A stretch of DNA of 64,000 nucleotides from Sandaracinaceae bacterium (GTDB taxonomy: Bacteria > Myxococcota_A > Polyangia > Polyangiales > JADJQN01), in contig JADJQN010000001.1 of assembly GCA_016712745.1 (NCBI GenBank), positions 1,777,494 to 1,841,493 of the forward strand, given 5' to 3'. The notes under the pieces were generated by a model, which ran no database searches, was not told where the DNA came from, and was given only the letters and a program-made list of their open reading frames with translations. Positions 45,027 to 53,885 of this stretch are shown piece after piece. Every line of letters begins with the position of its first letter. The first letter of the stretch is position 1. The position numbers and the translations under genes were made by a program.

Positions 45027-45767
45027 TCAGTTGATCGCGGGAAGTTCGGCGTCGAGCTCGTTCATCGAAGGTGGCTCGCTCGAATCGCTGTGAGCGTGCG
45101 AGGGTGAGCGGTAGCTGCGAAATGCGTCGGACAGCTCGCCCGATGCGCTGGAGAGCGCAAGCTCGTGCGCCCCAAGCTTGGCCGTCATCCAATTGAAGAG
45201 AAGAACGACGGGAATCGCAACGCATAGGCCGTAGCCCGTGACGATCAACGCCTCGCCGATGGCGCTTCCGATGGTGCCAAGTCCGCCCGAATCATTTTCG
45301 CCGATGAGGTGGAACGCATTGATGATGCCAAGCACCGTTCCGAGTAGACCAACGAAAGGCGCAGTCGAGCCCGTCGACGCCAGCACGTTCATGCCGCGAT
45401 AGAGCTCGCTGCTTACCTGGGCCTGCTTGCGCGTGATGGCTCGGTCGGCGATCTCGTTCGCGTCGGTGCGCGAGGCGCCGCGCGAGACCGCGTCGAGAAA
45501 GGATGCAACGCCAGTACGGAAGAGGACAGCGAGATGAATGTGGCTCATCTGCTCGGCGAGGTCCTTGAGCGCCGGAAACTCACGCTTCATCAAGAGCTCG
45601 CTCGCCGGCTTGGCGAACTGCGTCGAGGTCTTTTTCGCGCGCCGCAAGAACATCAGGCGGTCGATGATGACCGTGAGGCTCGCGATGGCCTGAATGGTGA
45701 GTACAAACACGACTGCCTTTACGGGCAGCCCCATCTTCGACCAAAGCTCAATCAGATTCAGACTCAT
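45027..45767 (-). CDS. exbB: MotA/TolQ/ExbB proton-channel family protein
   Basis: Three TM helices. The block STAPFVGLLGTVLGIINAF is typical of ExbB/TolQ. Confidence 0.85.
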   Translation of the reverse strand: MSLNLIELWSKMGLPVKAVVFVLTIQAIASLTVIIDRLMFLRRAKKTSTQFAKPASELLMKREFPALKDLAEQMSHIHLAVLFRTGVASFLDAVSRGASRTDANEIADRAITRKQAQVSSELYRGMNVLASTGSTAPFVGLLGTVLGIINAFHLIGENDSGGLGTIGSAIGEALIVTGYGLCVAIPVVLLFNWMTAKLGAHELALSSASGELSDAFRSYRSPSHAHSDSSEPPSMNELDAELPAIN

Positions 45768-45779
45768 GACAGCTCCCCT

Positions 45780-46490
45780 TCACATGTTGTCGAGGCGAAA
45801 TGGAATTCGGATGATGCGGTAGACGGCGGTAGGCCTTCCCTCGACCATCGCGGGTTGAAAGCGCCACGTACGAAGGACGCGACGAACCTCGTCATCGAAT
45901 GCCGGATGGCCTCGCATGATCTCGATTGCTCCAACGGAGCCGTTCTCAAGAACGACGATCTTGGCGATGACCGTGGCCGAAACGCCTGAGGCGCGCGCTG
46001 ACTCGGGATAGGCGGGTGATGCGTTCGATGCGAGGGGCTCCGGCGGTCGCGCATTTTCGGGAAGCTGAATGGGCCCGCGCGCGACTGGCGCGGGCGGCGG
46101 CGGGGCCGCCGCAACAACGACCGGCGCGGGCGCAGTCGCGGAGCCCATTCCCGGATCCACCCCATCGCTCGCAACGTCCGAGATGATCGCGGGCGCAACG
46201 GGCGCTTCGGAGACGTGGTCGGGCACTTCCATCGGCTGAGCAAGAGTGCGGCGGCGAACTGGCGGCGGCGCCGCGCTCGGAGGCGGTGGCGCAATCTCTT
46301 GAACGACCGCTTCCGGCAACGGCCGAAACGTGACTTGGGTAAGCTCTTCGTGTCGAACCACGTTTCGCGCGATTGCGCTCAAGGCCACGATGCCCGCCGC
46401 AATCAAGCCGTAAACGAGCAACGATGCGGCCAGCGACGTGCCTACGCCCTTTTGCGCGGTGCCTGTGTCGACTTGAAAACCTTCGAGCAT
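45780..46490 (-). CDS. tonB: energy transducer TonB
   Basis: N-terminal anchor helix, Pro-rich spacer (PPPPSAAPPPVRR...PPPPAP), and C-terminal TonB_C-like block (PAYPESARASGVSATVIAKIVVLENGSV..). Confidence 0.8.
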   Translation of the reverse strand: MLEGFQVDTGTAQKGVGTSLAASLLVYGLIAAGIVALSAIARNVVRHEELTQVTFRPLPEAVVQEIAPPPPSAAPPPVRRRTLAQPMEVPDHVSEAPVAPAIISDVASDGVDPGMGSATAPAPVVVAAAPPPPAPVARGPIQLPENARPPEPLASNASPAYPESARASGVSATVIAKIVVLENGSVGAIEIMRGHPAFDDEVRRVLRTWRFQPAMVEGRPTAVYRIIRIPFRLDNM

Positions 46491-46514
46491 GCGAAAGCTC
46501 TTACATGGCGTTTG

Positions 46515-47261
46515 TTACGCGGAAGTGTCAGATGCGCGCCGGTCTGTGACGCGTGAGTGGCGTTTGTCACCGACGTCCTCGGCTCGGAATCGATAGCCAA
46601 CGCCGCGAACCGTTTCGATGGAGTCGGAGGCGTCGCCAAGCTTTGCGCGCAAACGCTTCATATGTGTGTCGACAGTGCGCGAACGCTTGCCCTGAAGGCC
46701 ACCCCAAATACGTTCGAAGAGGGATTGCCGAGTTAGGACAAAGCCGCGGCATCGAATGAGCTCGGCGAGTAGCGCGAATTCCAGGCCCGTCAGGTGAAGA
46801 TCTTTGCCGCTCCGCAACGCGACGCGATCGTTCGCTCGCAGTTGTAGATCTTCGGCGACGAGGGTTTCGCTCACAGACTCGATCTGCTCGCTCTTACGCC
46901 GGAAAAGTGCGCGGAGGCGCAGTGCTACTTCGCGGCCGCTGATCGGTTTGATGACGTAGTCGTCCGCGCCCATCTCGAACGCCACGACGCGGTCGATCTC
47001 ATCGTGCCGGTTTGATACGAACACGATCGACAGGTTGGACAAGCGAGTGTGTACGCGCAATCGACGACACAGCTCGGTGCCGCTCATATCGGGAAGCGAG
47101 AACTCGGTGACGATCGCGTCGGGCGGATCGCGCATCACGCGCGCCAAAGCCTCAGCACCTCGGCTCGCATAGGACACAGAGAAACCCGCGTCAGCGAGGT
47201 GCTGAATCAGCGTTGCGGAAGTCGTTCTATCAGGGTCTACAACGAGCACGCGGCTGGACAT
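46515..47261 (-). CDS. OmpR/PhoB-family response regulator, atypical (Glu at the phospho-acceptor position)
   Basis: Receiver (RVLVVDPDR..., AIVTEFSLPDMSG, FVSN, VIKP) plus a winged-helix output (LTGLEFALLAELI...VDTHMKRLRAKL...VRGVGYRF). Start at ATG 47261. Confidence 0.8.
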   Translation of the reverse strand: MSSRVLVVDPDRTTSATLIQHLADAGFSVSYASRGAEALARVMRDPPDAIVTEFSLPDMSGTELCRRLRVHTRLSNLSIVFVSNRHDEIDRVVAFEMGADDYVIKPISGREVALRLRALFRRKSEQIESVSETLVAEDLQLRANDRVALRSGKDLHLTGLEFALLAELIRCRGFVLTRQSLFERIWGGLQGKRSRTVDTHMKRLRAKLGDASDSIETVRGVGYRFRAEDVGDKRHSRVTDRRASDTSA

Positions 47262-47467
47262 CGGGCGAACGACAATGGGCCTCGTTCGTGACGAACGCGT
47301 GGACCGCCTGTGGCCGGCGTGTGACCACTCTGTAACAAGGCGGTCGGGGCCAGGGGTCACCAGGGTCTGGCAACTCAAGTGACCGCGTTTCCCAGCCGAA
47401 TCGCACGCGCCGACGACTCTCTCGCGAAATCACGCGCAATTTCCGGCCGAGTGACCTGTGCAGGTCC

Positions 47468-47483
47468 GGGCATGCGCATTGCA
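47468..47483 (+). promoter_or_regulatory. sigma-54 (-24/-12) promoter candidate for the KAS III-like operon
   Basis: GGGCATGCGCATTGCA, against the consensus TGGCAYG-N4-TTGCA. It lies 30 nt upstream of ATG 47513, with a GGAAGAAGG Shine-Dalgarno between. Confidence 0.5.
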
Positions 47484-47512
47484 CTGCATTTGCGCCGGAA
47501 GAAGGCGCAGCC

Positions 47513-48526
47513 ATGACTGACTCACACAAGGCGTTTCGACCCGTTCGAATCGTCAGCACCGGCCGCTATGAGCCGAGCCTGATCGTCACGGCAGCCGAGA
47601 TCGACGCCGCGTTGGGTCTCGAAGCCGGCTGGACCGAAAAACACACGGGGGTGCGCGAGCGCCGCGTCGAGAAGCAACTCACCTGCGCTGAAATGGGTGC
47701 GCGTGCTGCAAAGCAAGCCCTCGAGCGGGCGAAGCTTTCTATTAAGGATATCGATCTCGTCATTAATGCGAGCGCATCGTTCGACCAGCCCATCCCGTGC
47801 GGTGCCGTGCTCATGCTCGAACAGCTCGGCGGCAATCACGGTGCGATGGCCTTCGACATCAACTCCACCTGTGCGAGCTTTCTCGTGGCGCTTGATACCG
47901 CGTCAGCGATGTTGACTGCGGGAGGACGGGTGCGGCGCGTGCTCATCGTATCCTCGGAGAAGCCGAACACGAGCATGAACCCGAAGCATCCCGAATCGTA
48001 CGCGCTCTTCGGCGACGTATCGGCAGCCTGCATCCTCGAGCGCGACGAAAGCGGTCGCAGTCAAATTCTCGCGACGCGTATGGAAGCGTATCCCGAAGGC
48101 CGCGCACTTTGTGAAATGCGCGCCGGCGGCATGACGAAGCCTCCCTCGCGGTGGGACGAGCACGAACACGACGACAAATATTTCGACATGAAGGGCCCTG
48201 CTCTGGTGAAGATGTCATTGAAAAAGCTGCCGGGCTTTGTGGAGCGCTTGTATGCGCAAGGCACGGGCTTTACGACGCCGGACCTCGATTGGCTTGTTCC
48301 GCATCAAGCGAGTCTGCCCGCACTTGAAATCGTGCGACGTGTCCTCAACGTCGCGCCGGAGCGCTACGTGATCACAGCAGACCGTTTCGGCAATAACGTG
48401 GCGGCATCCTTGCCGCTCGCGCTCGATGAAATTGCGTCGACAGGCAAGCTTAGCCGCGGGCAATCGGTTTTGCTTTTGGGGACAGCAGCTGGCTTCAGTA
48501 TGGCCGGCGTGCTGTTGAAATACTGA
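47513..48526 (+). CDS. 3-oxoacyl-ACP synthase III (KAS III / FabH-like) family protein
   Basis: Cys-His-Asn triad context: INSTCASFLVAL, VPHQASLPALE, GNNVAASLPLAL. Confidence 0.75.
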   Translation: MTDSHKAFRPVRIVSTGRYEPSLIVTAAEIDAALGLEAGWTEKHTGVRERRVEKQLTCAEMGARAAKQALERAKLSIKDIDLVINASASFDQPIPCGAVLMLEQLGGNHGAMAFDINSTCASFLVALDTASAMLTAGGRVRRVLIVSSEKPNTSMNPKHPESYALFGDVSAACILERDESGRSQILATRMEAYPEGRALCEMRAGGMTKPPSRWDEHEHDDKYFDMKGPALVKMSLKKLPGFVERLYAQGTGFTTPDLDWLVPHQASLPALEIVRRVLNVAPERYVITADRFGNNVAASLPLALDEIASTGKLSRGQSVLLLGTAAGFSMAGVLLKY

Positions 48527-48527
48527 C

Positions 48528-49184
48528 ATGGCGACGGCAACTACCACCGACTTCAACTCGATCCACGAGCGCGCGCTGCGCCTCGCGACGCAGATGCCGC
48601 TCATCACGATTGCGCATGTGGCGTTCTCCGGATGGCTGCTTGTCTCGCATTCGGCTGGTAGCTATTGGTACGGGATTCTCGCGGGCATCGTGACGCTCAC
48701 CTGCGTCGAATACTGCTTGCACCGTTTTCTATTTCATTCGCGCGATCCGAAGTCTTTGTTAGCCGCGGTGCATCGCCGACATCATCGCAATCCGTCGCAC
48801 GGTCCACACGGCATCGTGCCTATCCCGATGAGCTTTCTGATCGTCTACACATTTTCAATGCTGTGGTTCATCCCGACGCAAACAGCAAGTTGGGCGGGAT
48901 TCGCACTCGGCATGAGCCTCGCGTACATCGCGCACGAGTGGACGCACTTTCTGGCTCACACGGCGCGCGGCAATAAAAGCGGCATCGCGCGCTTCATGCA
49001 GCGCTACCACCTCGTTCATCATTTCGACGACAGCAAGCGCAACTTCGGATTCGTCGTTCCGTTTTGGGACATGGCTCTGGGAACCTACCGCGCCATCGAC
49101 GCCACCGAAGAAGCACGCCTACTGAAGCGCCAGGACGACGCGGACGCAGTGCTGGCCCGCCGTCTCGCAACGACATCGCGCTAA
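48528..49184 (+). CDS. fatty acid hydroxylase / sterol desaturase family membrane protein
   Basis: His boxes HRFLFH, HRRHHRNP, HLVHHFD. Starts 1 nt after the KAS III-like stop. Confidence 0.75.
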   Translation: MATATTTDFNSIHERALRLATQMPLITIAHVAFSGWLLVSHSAGSYWYGILAGIVTLTCVEYCLHRFLFHSRDPKSLLAAVHRRHHRNPSHGPHGIVPIPMSFLIVYTFSMLWFIPTQTASWAGFALGMSLAYIAHEWTHFLAHTARGNKSGIARFMQRYHLVHHFDDSKRNFGFVVPFWDMALGTYRAIDATEEARLLKRQDDADAVLARRLATTSR

Positions 49185-49248
49185 ATCGAACTCAATCGAT
49201 CACACGAGCCCGATCGAGGTCGCTCTACTAAGAGCGCACGAAGCCATA

Positions 49249-49481
49249 CGCGGCCGGAAGTGGGGATGCGCTCCTCGTGTCAGAACGGTCAGCTACGCGG
49301 CCGAGCGAGAGGGGACGCGCTACAGGGGACGGGAGCGCTTGCAGATCCGCGCCTGAAAGGCTTGTGGCCGGTGGCGCGGGCAAGCGCTCCCTCGGCTCTC
49401 ATGCCAACTCGCGCAGGCTCGCCCAGCTTGGCCACTTGGCATTCGAGACGCCCCTTACACGCATCCCCTCTCGCCCGACCG
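49249..49481. repeat. TIR-bounded ~220-bp element (left copy) forming a large inverted repeat with 49790-49982
   Basis: CGGCCGGAAGTGGGGATGCGC at 49261-49281. The internal segment CTTGCAGATCCG...GGCCGGTGGCGCGGGCAAG...CATGCCAACTCGCG...TTGGCATTCG...GCATCCCC matches the reverse complement of the right copy. This copy carries a ~40-bp insertion. Confidence 0.75.
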
Positions 49482-49565
49482 CTAGTGCACATCTTCTCGG
49501 AGCGGCAACCCCTCTGCGCATTGCAAACCCGATGCGACCGTCCCGAAAGAAAAAGGGGCGGAGAA

Positions 49566-49724
49566 GAAAAAGGGGACGTTCCCCTTTTCGGCAGCTCTCC
49601 GAAAAAGGGGACGTTCCCCTTTTCGGCAGCTCTCCGTTCAACTTGCTCAAAAAAGGGGACGTTCCCCTTTTCGGCAGCTCTCCGTTCAACTTGCTCAGTG
49701 AAAAAGGGGAACGTCCCCATTATT
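49566..49724. repeat. tandem array of terminator-like hairpins (AAAAGGGGACGTTCCCCTTTT + CGGCAGCTCTCC)
   Basis: 35-nt units lie at 49566-49600, 49601-49635 and 49649-49683. GTTCAACTTGCTC occurs twice. One inverted core (GGGGAACGTCCCC) is at about 49705-49719. Each unit has a 9-bp stem flanked by A4 and T4. Confidence 0.85.
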
Positions 49725-49789
49725 CGCGCTGTCGTGCAGAGCACGCACTTCGCAGTGAACGAGCTTGCGACTGCGCATCGCGAGAATAG

Positions 49790-49982
49790 CGGCCGGATGT
49801 GGGGATGTGCGTAGGGGGCGCCGCGAATGCCAACTCGCCACGCTAGGCGAGCCGGCGCGAGTTGGCATGAGCGCCGAGGAACCTCTTGCCCGTGCCACCG
49901 GCCTGCACGGCTCCTAGGCACGGATCTGCAAGAGGTTCCGTTCCCCGCAGCGCATCCCAACTTCCGGCCGCGTATCGCTTCG
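49790..49982. repeat. TIR-bounded 181-bp element (right copy, inverted relative to the left copy)
   Basis: CGGCCGGATGTGGGGATGTGCG (49790-49811) and CGCATCCCAACTTCCGGCCG (49951-49970) are terminal inverted repeats. There is an internal perfect hairpin ATGCCAACTCGC...GCGAGTTGGCAT. The inverted match to the left copy extends to 49982. Confidence 0.75.
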
Positions 49983-50033
49983 TGGGGCCCGTTGCACGTT
50001 GCGCATTGCCTGCTGCGCGTTGCGTGTGTGTGC

Positions 50034-50861
50034 TTACGGGTAGAGCGTTTCGAATTCGGCGAGCAGCGTGCGCGCTTGTTCGGCGATGCCGCGGACGTGT
50101 GACTCGACGATGTCGCGGCGGCCTAGCGAAAAAAGCGTGCCTAAGTTGCGCAAGATCTGACGGCGCAAAAAACGCGGTGGCAAGCGTGGGCGCGAGACTT
50201 GCGCGATGCGCTGAGTCAGCGATTCTTGATAGTCGAGCGTCGCCTCGACGGAGCGCAGGTCCCCGGCGAAATCGCGCGCGCTAAAGGAATGCTCCGACAA
50301 GGCTCGAATCGCAGGCAGTCCCAAGACCAGATTCCGGGCGAACGCTTCACGCAGGCGCTCGACATGAGTTACGCGCATGTCGGAGCGCATCAGTGTCTCG
50401 GCGAGCGGACGCGCACCTGGGTCGATACACTCGATTCGGGTCGAAGACGGGTCGAAGGGACCCCGAAACGCGAACACACGCGGCACGATGAACGCCTTTG
50501 CACTCGTGGGCGGGATGAAGTCGAGCTGTGAACGCGGCCATACGGGAAAGGCAAAGGCCGCAATGGGCGGCGCGTGCTTCATGCTCCTCAACAGCTTGCC
50601 CGCCTCAGCCCGCTGCTCCGATCGGAAACAGACGATTGCCGCGTCGACGTCGATTTCCTCAAGTGACGTAATGATGCGCGCCGCAGGCAACAGTTGGTAT
50701 TGGACCTTGTTCGAACGCGTTAGATAGCTCACGCCACGCTCCGTCAGCTCATCGCGCTGACGCTCGCGCGCATACAGGCTTACTTGAACACCGGCACGCG
50801 CGAGCTGCGCAGTGAAATCCTGTCCGACCTTCCCCGCACCAAGCACCAGAACGCGTTTCAT
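50034..50861 (-). CDS. NAD(P)-binding oxidoreductase (ketopantoate-reductase/ApbA-like)
   Basis: MKRVLVLGAGKVGQDF Rossmann GxGxxG. The start ATG 50861 overlaps the upstream stop (ATGA). Confidence 0.45.
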   Translation of the reverse strand: MKRVLVLGAGKVGQDFTAQLARAGVQVSLYARERQRDELTERGVSYLTRSNKVQYQLLPAARIITSLEEIDVDAAIVCFRSEQRAEAGKLLRSMKHAPPIAAFAFPVWPRSQLDFIPPTSAKAFIVPRVFAFRGPFDPSSTRIECIDPGARPLAETLMRSDMRVTHVERLREAFARNLVLGLPAIRALSEHSFSARDFAGDLRSVEATLDYQESLTQRIAQVSRPRLPPRFLRRQILRNLGTLFSLGRRDIVESHVRGIAEQARTLLAEFETLYP

Positions 50862-51832
50862 GGAACGCCTCCTTCGCCATCGAGCCATGTATCGAGAAAG
50901 GCGCAGTCCCGTGAAATAGTCGCGGGGTCTAGATGAAAGCTCGCGTAGTCGTATTTGTGATGGCTTTTGTACCTACGCTGCGCCGCTGAAGTACGCGCGA
51001 TGACCTCTTGGTAGGGGCCGGCCTCGATCCGTAAGAACTCCAGCGCCTGATTCATAACCTTCTCGAAGTCGTTCATCATGCGGGGGAATGGCAAGATGAA
51101 CGAACGCGCCTGCACTTCGGACGACTGCGACCAAACGTCGTGGAAGCTGCGCAACTGCGCCACGAAACTGCGGTACAACGCTTGGAGATAGCGCCGCTTC
51201 ACCGCTTCATCGAGCGAGTCGAAATCGAACTGCTTCTTTAGCATCGACAGATTCAAACTCATCGCGGACGGAATCATCTCGAGTGGGTCGCGCACGGTAT
51301 AGAGCACCTGTGCGCGCGGAAAACGCGCCAGAAATTTCTCAAGGCGCGGCGCGGCCGAAAACAGTTTGGCAGCAACGCGTAACTTCGGATTGGCGCTGCG
51401 TTTGCGGCGCCACAGCGCTTCAAAGAAATCCGCGTCCCGCTCGAACGTCTCTGTTTCGCTCACGAAGATGTTTTCCGGCGCCGCCTCTTTGAACCCACGC
51501 AATAGCGGGCTCGCGAAAAACCCATCGAAGTAGCGCAGCGTGAGTGCGGCGTCGTCAGCTTCCGCCAACGTGAGTCCGATTTTGTGCGCCGGCGTGCTGA
51601 CCCTCTCACTGGGAAAGCGCGCTGCAAGCGCGGCCTTCATCGGTTCGAGCAGGGTCTGCACACAGAGCGCGGGGAAAATAAAATCATAGGGCGTGCATGC
51701 GTGCGCCATCTTTGCGTCGGCGAGGAAGCGATGAAGAAAGGTGGTTCCCGACCGCGGGTTGCCGCAAAGCAAAATCGGATCGCGAACTTCGACGTCGCGC
51801 AAAGACCTCTGCGCGAGCTCATCGAGCTTCAT
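50858..51832 (-). CDS. sulfotransferase family protein
   Basis: PAPS 5'-phosphosulfate loop LLCGNPRSGTTFLHRFL and a 3'-phosphate motif region YTVRDPLEMIPS. Start taken at ATG 51832 (MKLDEL); the ORF track start 52087 would overlap the upstream gene. Confidence 0.65.
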   Translation of the reverse strand: MKLDELAQRSLRDVEVRDPILLCGNPRSGTTFLHRFLADAKMAHACTPYDFIFPALCVQTLLEPMKAALAARFPSERVSTPAHKIGLTLAEADDAALTLRYFDGFFASPLLRGFKEAAPENIFVSETETFERDADFFEALWRRKRSANPKLRVAAKLFSAAPRLEKFLARFPRAQVLYTVRDPLEMIPSAMSLNLSMLKKQFDFDSLDEAVKRRYLQALYRSFVAQLRSFHDVWSQSSEVQARSFILPFPRMMNDFEKVMNQALEFLRIEAGPYQEVIARTSAAQRRYKSHHKYDYASFHLDPATISRDCAFLDTWLDGEGGVP

Positions 51833-51990
51833 CGTAATCGCGGACGAGGTACGCACGCTCGTCACCAAAGCACTCGCGGCCACGATAGGCAGCGGATTGT
51901 GAAAGCGACGGAGGGCCGTGAGCGCCGCGGCCCCCAACCTCGTTGCGGTGTTGGTCACGTGCCCAGCATACAAGATCGAACTTGACCGCG

Positions 51991-53163
51991 TTAGGGCGCG
52001 GTGCAGGTGTACTGATACAGGGGCGTAGTGGCCGCCAAATGTTCGGTGATCGTATAGTACGAAGCTCCGTCGGCGGCGTACGCACATGCCTCGCCGCCCG
52101 AATCGGATGACACGGGCAGCATGCGAGTCGACGCAGACGTTGCCGTGAAGATCGACTCGAACGAAGCGCCGCTCGGTGAGAGCTCGTAAAGGTGGCCGTA
52201 GGTTCGAATAAGCAAACGCTCCCCGCAGGGACTCACGTCTGCGCTCGTGACGAGCTCGCCGGAAAAACGAGAAAGATCCGAGCTTACTTCGACAAGCGTG
52301 TACGTGCTGCCTGGCGCAAGCGCCATCGAAGGCATCGGGAACTTGTACACCCGCGACGGTTGCGAAACGTCGTCGGTACGCTTCGTGATGATGTAGATCT
52401 CACCAGTCACCGGATGCACAATCATTGCTTCCGCGTTGTGGTTCCCGTCGGGAAAGGTGTAGGCGAATTTGTCGAAGTCGACAGTGACTGTTCCGGACAA
52501 GCTGGCTCGCTCAGGCGATCGATAGACAGCATGCGTCGCCGGATCGCCGCTTCCGTTCACTCCGATGTTGCCAAGAAACACACAACCTCCCCCCGAGGGG
52601 CACGGCCCTACAGCCATCTCTTCGACGTCGCATCGAGCAGCTCCGCCCCCGCAATCTGCTTCGGCCGAGGCGATGACGGTCGCAATAATCGCTGCCGAAG
52701 AATCGAGTGCGTAATAGCGCATGCCCTCGTCGTTGTGCGTGTACATCACGCCTGCATGATCGCGGCTGGCCGCGAGACCACTTGCTTCGACGAGTACGGT
52801 TGCATCCGTGATGCCGACGCTCGTCGCCGAGGAGTAGGTAGCGCACACGGGACACGCCGGCGGCACGTCACCCGCATCTGCCCCGGCATCGTGCGCTCCC
52901 GCATCGAGTCCGCCGCTGTCCCGCGCGGCGTCGATGCCGCCGCTGTCGTGCAGTGCCATGTCGTCGCGCGCGCCGCCGTCGCTTGCACCACCGCTGTCGA
53001 CACGGTCTGCATCCATCGCGCCGCCAAAATCAATCGTGCCCGCGTCGAGACCCGCTGCATCGAAACGCGTCGCTCCATCTTGAGAATCAGGACTGCCAGC
53101 CAATGTCGCGCTGCATCCTTGCGCGAGGAGGCAAACTACGAGGAATGCGGCAACGCGCGTCAT
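51991..53163 (-). CDS. hypothetical lipoprotein (beta-propeller-like C-terminal part suspected)
   Basis: Lipobox LLAQGC and an Asp/Gly/Ala-rich linker (repeated GG.DAG). No catalytic motif recognised. Confidence 0.5.
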   Translation of the reverse strand: MTRVAAFLVVCLLAQGCSATLAGSPDSQDGATRFDAAGLDAGTIDFGGAMDADRVDSGGASDGGARDDMALHDSGGIDAARDSGGLDAGAHDAGADAGDVPPACPVCATYSSATSVGITDATVLVEASGLAASRDHAGVMYTHNDEGMRYYALDSSAAIIATVIASAEADCGGGAARCDVEEMAVGPCPSGGGCVFLGNIGVNGSGDPATHAVYRSPERASLSGTVTVDFDKFAYTFPDGNHNAEAMIVHPVTGEIYIITKRTDDVSQPSRVYKFPMPSMALAPGSTYTLVEVSSDLSRFSGELVTSADVSPCGERLLIRTYGHLYELSPSGASFESIFTATSASTRMLPVSSDSGGEACAYAADGASYYTITEHLAATTPLYQYTCTAP

Positions 53164-53309
53164 CGCGTGAATGTCTCATAACTGAGCGGACTTGCGATAG
53201 GCAACTGATTTAGTGCGGGATGCCATCCTTGGATCTGCGCATCGCGCACGGTCACCTTGTCATGCGGCCCTTCGGGTCGTAAATCTTCGTCCCCCCCAGG
53301 AGGTCAACG

Positions 53310-53885
53310 GTGAAGCAGGTCCTTTCGTTCCCCCGCTCGCTCTTCGTCGCAGCTGTGCTGATGGTCCTCGGGCAGGCCGCACTCGTGCACGCGACCGTGG
53401 TCGTGGCGCTGAGTCGGGCCGAGCTTACGCAAAGGTCCGCTCGCGTCGTACGCGCGACGGTGGGCGCGCAACGCTCGATGTGGAATGAGGACCATTCGCA
53501 GATCATCACGCTCACCACGTTGCAGGTGCGCGAAACCTGGCGCGGAGCCCCAGCGACATCACTCACGCTGCGACAGTTCGGCGGTGAAGTGGATGGAATC
53601 GCGTCGGCGATTCCCGGCGACGCTCATCTTTCTCCCGGCCAAGACGTCGTGCTCTTCTTGCGAGAGCGCAACGGCGCAGTTTTTCTAACATCGCTCGCTC
53701 AATCGGCGTACCTCGTCGACTCGTCGCACGGCACGCCGACGGTCGCCCGCGACTTGAGCGAGCTTTCGTTTGCCACCCGCAACGCGAATCAAGTTCTTCA
53801 GCTTGCCGAAGCTGCGAGCGATGCCAATGAAACACTCTCGCATCTGCGCGCCGATGTGATTCGCATCTCTGGAGGTGCACGATGA
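53310..53885 (+). CDS. secreted hypothetical protein translationally coupled to a matrixin
   Basis: GGAGG Shine-Dalgarno before the GTG start, signal peptide (LFVAAVLMVLGQAALVHA), and stop overlapping the next start (ATGA at 53882-53885). Confidence 0.5.
   Translation: MKQVLSFPRSLFVAAVLMVLGQAALVHATVVVALSRAELTQRSARVVRATVGAQRSMWNEDHSQIITLTTLQVRETWRGAPATSLTLRQFGGEVDGIASAIPGDAHLSPGQDVVLFLRERNGAVFLTSLAQSAYLVDSSHGTPTVARDLSELSFATRNANQVLQLAEAASDANETLSHLRADVIRISGGAR

Noticed and set aside
49500-49760. Repeated peptide KKGTFPFSAALRSTCS in ORFs 49260..49814 and 49277..49789
   Set aside because: It is generated by the tandem hairpin repeats. The sequence is palindromic and open in several frames on both strands, with no translation signals.
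49249-49982. Retron-like msr/msd or other RT-associated ncRNA suggested by the long inverted repeats
   Set aside because: No reverse transcriptase or any accessory gene is nearby. The arms have their own terminal inverted repeats and look like two copies of a mobile or repeat element.
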